This document shows positions 60,264-64,000 of a stretch of DNA of 64,000 bases, piece by piece. A program made the position numbers and the translations under genes. A model generated the notes under the pieces. It saw only the letters and a program-made list of their open reading frames with translations. It did no database searches and was not told the origin of the DNA. The DNA comes from Podospora anserina. Taxonomy: Eukaryota. Where the stretch lies: positions 5,084,001-5,148,000 of the forward strand of contig CM030333.1 in NCBI GenBank assembly GCA_017654855.1, written 5' to 3'. The stretch's first letter is position 1; each line of letters opens with the position of its first letter.

Positions 60264-62559
60264 TATGGTGGTTTAGAGAAAACCTCGGTACTCCGGTTTG
60301 AGGGGCAGTTTTGACCAATGTCTGGATTATTATGAGCTCGTGTAGGCAAGTTAAGTAGGTAAGGTAGCTACCCGACTGATGATGAGGTGCATATTTTAGG
60401 TCTTGGACAACAAAGCCCTATCATCTCCAGATCCATCATGCCCTTCTTTGTCCGGGTAACTAGGATCAGTTCAAGTAGCTGTTTCACAGGGCAGCCTTCA
60501 CTCAGAGACAAAGGATAGGTATCTCATCGAACCACTATCCAGCTAACCACTTTTTCCGGATCGGGCTAGGAACTGCCAGTCATCAAACATAGAGACTTTG
60601 AAAGTGGCACTTGACTATGCCCTTGGTACCCACACCTACCTCCCTCTGTGCAACTGGTTTCATACACACCATCCCATTATCTGGGCGGCATCATCAATTC
60701 GCCTTGTCTACCACACACACTCAGTCTCTCCCAGCATTGTACCTGCACCTACACTCCACACAAATTATCGAGATGGAGTTGGATTCTGCGTTGCTGCTTC
60801 GACGTCTTGTTAGTGATGATGTTTCCCATCAGTCTTTTTCAAGCCACGCTGGATCGAATCGCATCCTAATTGGACACTTGGTGAAAAATAGCCAGAGGCA
60901 ATTTCTGACAGTTACGTGCAGTGCTAGAGCGTTGCGTGTGCACTATGCCTGCCCAAGAAAGCGGGATTAGGACTCCGTTCACACATGGTTGAGGTGGGAC
61001 TACAAGATTTAGGCTGTTAATTCTGAGCTGCAGGTAGCCGTAGGAATGCAACTCTGTGACCCCAGATTAACAAACAGCCTAAAGGTGGAGTACACTAGAG
61101 AAGTCTCTAGACAGGTTCAAGTGCATTGTTTGTCAGTCAGCTAGGTAGAGATGTCCTATCTGGTTTGAATCATTGTTTTAGCGGATAGACTGTGGTAAAA
61201 TACCTACCTACCATATCAAATCCTTGGGAGCCGTAGCAAGACTTGACGTTGATGCATAAGGTCTGGAACAAACATACTACCTGCCAGTCCTGCCTACTTA
61301 CACAAGCTTCCCGACCTACTTCGCACTCTGGCAGGCTGCATCACCTACATTCTTGACTCGCGGCTTGATCAAGGGAGATGTTCTTTCAGGTTCGCAGAAA
61401 TCCTTTCGGCCGCCACTGCCCATGTTGAGCCTTCAGCTTGGCAGTACCAGTTCTCGGCCTCCATATCCCGTGGTTGCCCATTGAAGCAATTGAAGCAGGC
61501 CCCATGTCATGAGGCTCTTTGGACGCCATCCGTTGACATACAACTGCACATGTTTAGCTTAAGGTCTTGGGTCGTAGTCTCATTGATTTACCCGTCGGTT
61601 AAATCGGTAGTTCGCTCCCTGAAGGCCCCGCTCCCTTTTTTGCCGAACTGGGTTGCATCTTTCGGCAAGGCTGTCTACGTACCAACCCATATTACTCGAT
61701 GCAGACAGGCCGGTGGCTGAGAACCAGAAACCCGGTTTGAGAGTCGAACTGACTGGGAGACTAGCACAGGGAAACACCATGTCATGAGGTCCTCAGTATA
61801 TTGAATTTTGACCTCCTATACGCGCGGCTAACCTTGGTGTACAGTCCTGTCACGCTTCTGGTTGCATTGCACAGATCGGTTGCGTGTGAATTCCAAGTTG
61901 TTCAACTTGGCACTCTGGAATTGCAAGGGCTTTTGATCCCATGCCTTTCTCCTTGACATTTGCGGTGTTATGGCGGTCTAGAATCCGTTCTCGTCTCTTG
62001 TTTCACCACCTGTGCTGTTTTGCATGAACTACGCTTGGACGAATTCGGCATTGATCAAGATGTTAGTGCCAATTTCGACAGATCACCCACATGTAGGTAC
62101 CTTAGGTACCTTGTGTCAAGAGCACAGCTACCTGCTGGTAATAAAGAAGTCGGTTGTTCAGTCTTCGACGAGTTTCTTGTTGGTTATGTCCACTGCACTG
62201 GGCCGTTGTGCCAATTTGTGGGGAAGTGCTTCAAGGAGTGGGTAGAATCGACGTTAGATGACAGGTGCTAGAATCCGGGGCATGACCAGCAAACAGAACA
62301 GAATCCACCCAGAAAGGAATCCACAACCAAGGGGTTGCATTACAACCAGGTCCTCATGTAACGCAGGGACCTCCATTGTCTCGCAAAGGACTGGAGTTGA
62401 ATGCCTGGGCCAAGGATAAGGGGCAAATTCCGCTCCCTCCGAAGACCCAATACCACCTAGCTGGCAATGAACGGATTGGCATGTGGAAATCTATATAAGC
62501 ACCTTTGTCGCCCAACGGAGGAAATTGATCCCAACCCTCTTGTTTGACCAGGCCTGTAA

Positions 62560-63589
<1,030 letters not shown>

Positions 63590-64000
63590 GTTGTTGGATT
63601 TGACCTTGGACGTTCTGGGGTGGGTTCTCACCATGCGGTCTCAAACTTCGATGGACAGTAAGGGAAAGTCTGTAAGGTAGATAGGATAAGGGGACGCCTC
63701 ATGCTTCATGTACATAATTGCACCCTGGCATGCCATCACGGTATGTGGTACAAATACTCGTTTTCATCATCAAAAGCTTCGATCGATGTGTGTGTCTGTG
63801 TGTGTGCAGAATCCTGATGTTTTGGACGGGATGCCCTGGTGGGCTGAGATGTCGAGAGATTGAAAAGGCTGTCTGTGGTGTGTGTAGCTGGGGTGTCTGC
63901 GGTGTCAACGAATAGGATGAGTGGTAAGAACCTTGCATCTTTGCCCTACAGTCACACCACCGTCGCCTGCTTTCTCCTCAGGTCCAACCAAAATGCCGAC

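Overview
Eukaryotic, intron-containing DNA from a filamentous ascomycete (Sordariomycetes). GT-AG introns with CTAAC/CTGAC branch sites, a RIP-mutated transposon and CBM1 enzymes are consistent with Podospora or a relative, which is an inference. The first ~43.5 kb is mostly conserved housekeeping genes: CDK8/SSN3 (partial), ARP2, a Dcg1-like racemase, an MFS sugar porter, an NmrA-like protein, RPA43, RPS24, an EFM3-like methyltransferase, a cyclophilin-RRM protein, a Zn2Cys6 transcription factor, RIB1 and NDUFB7, plus a GH6 cellulase and a CBM1-only secreted protein. The last ~20 kb looks more accessory: an S28 peptidase, a stand-alone ferric-reductase-like membrane protein, a complete 1862-bp Fot1/Pogo DNA transposon inactivated by RIP, a bacterial-like amidohydrolase, tRNA-Thr(UGU), a large atypical kinase-like protein and a GH11-CBM1 xylanase. 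The most notable observations are a 1538-aa acidic protein whose N-terminal and Tudor-like motifs resemble coilin (the Cajal body scaffold), a degenerate 5'-nucleotidase-like gene that has lost its metal ligands, and a Zn2Cys6 domain encoded by one symmetric, skippable exon. All family assignments are from motif recognition by eye; no database searches were run.
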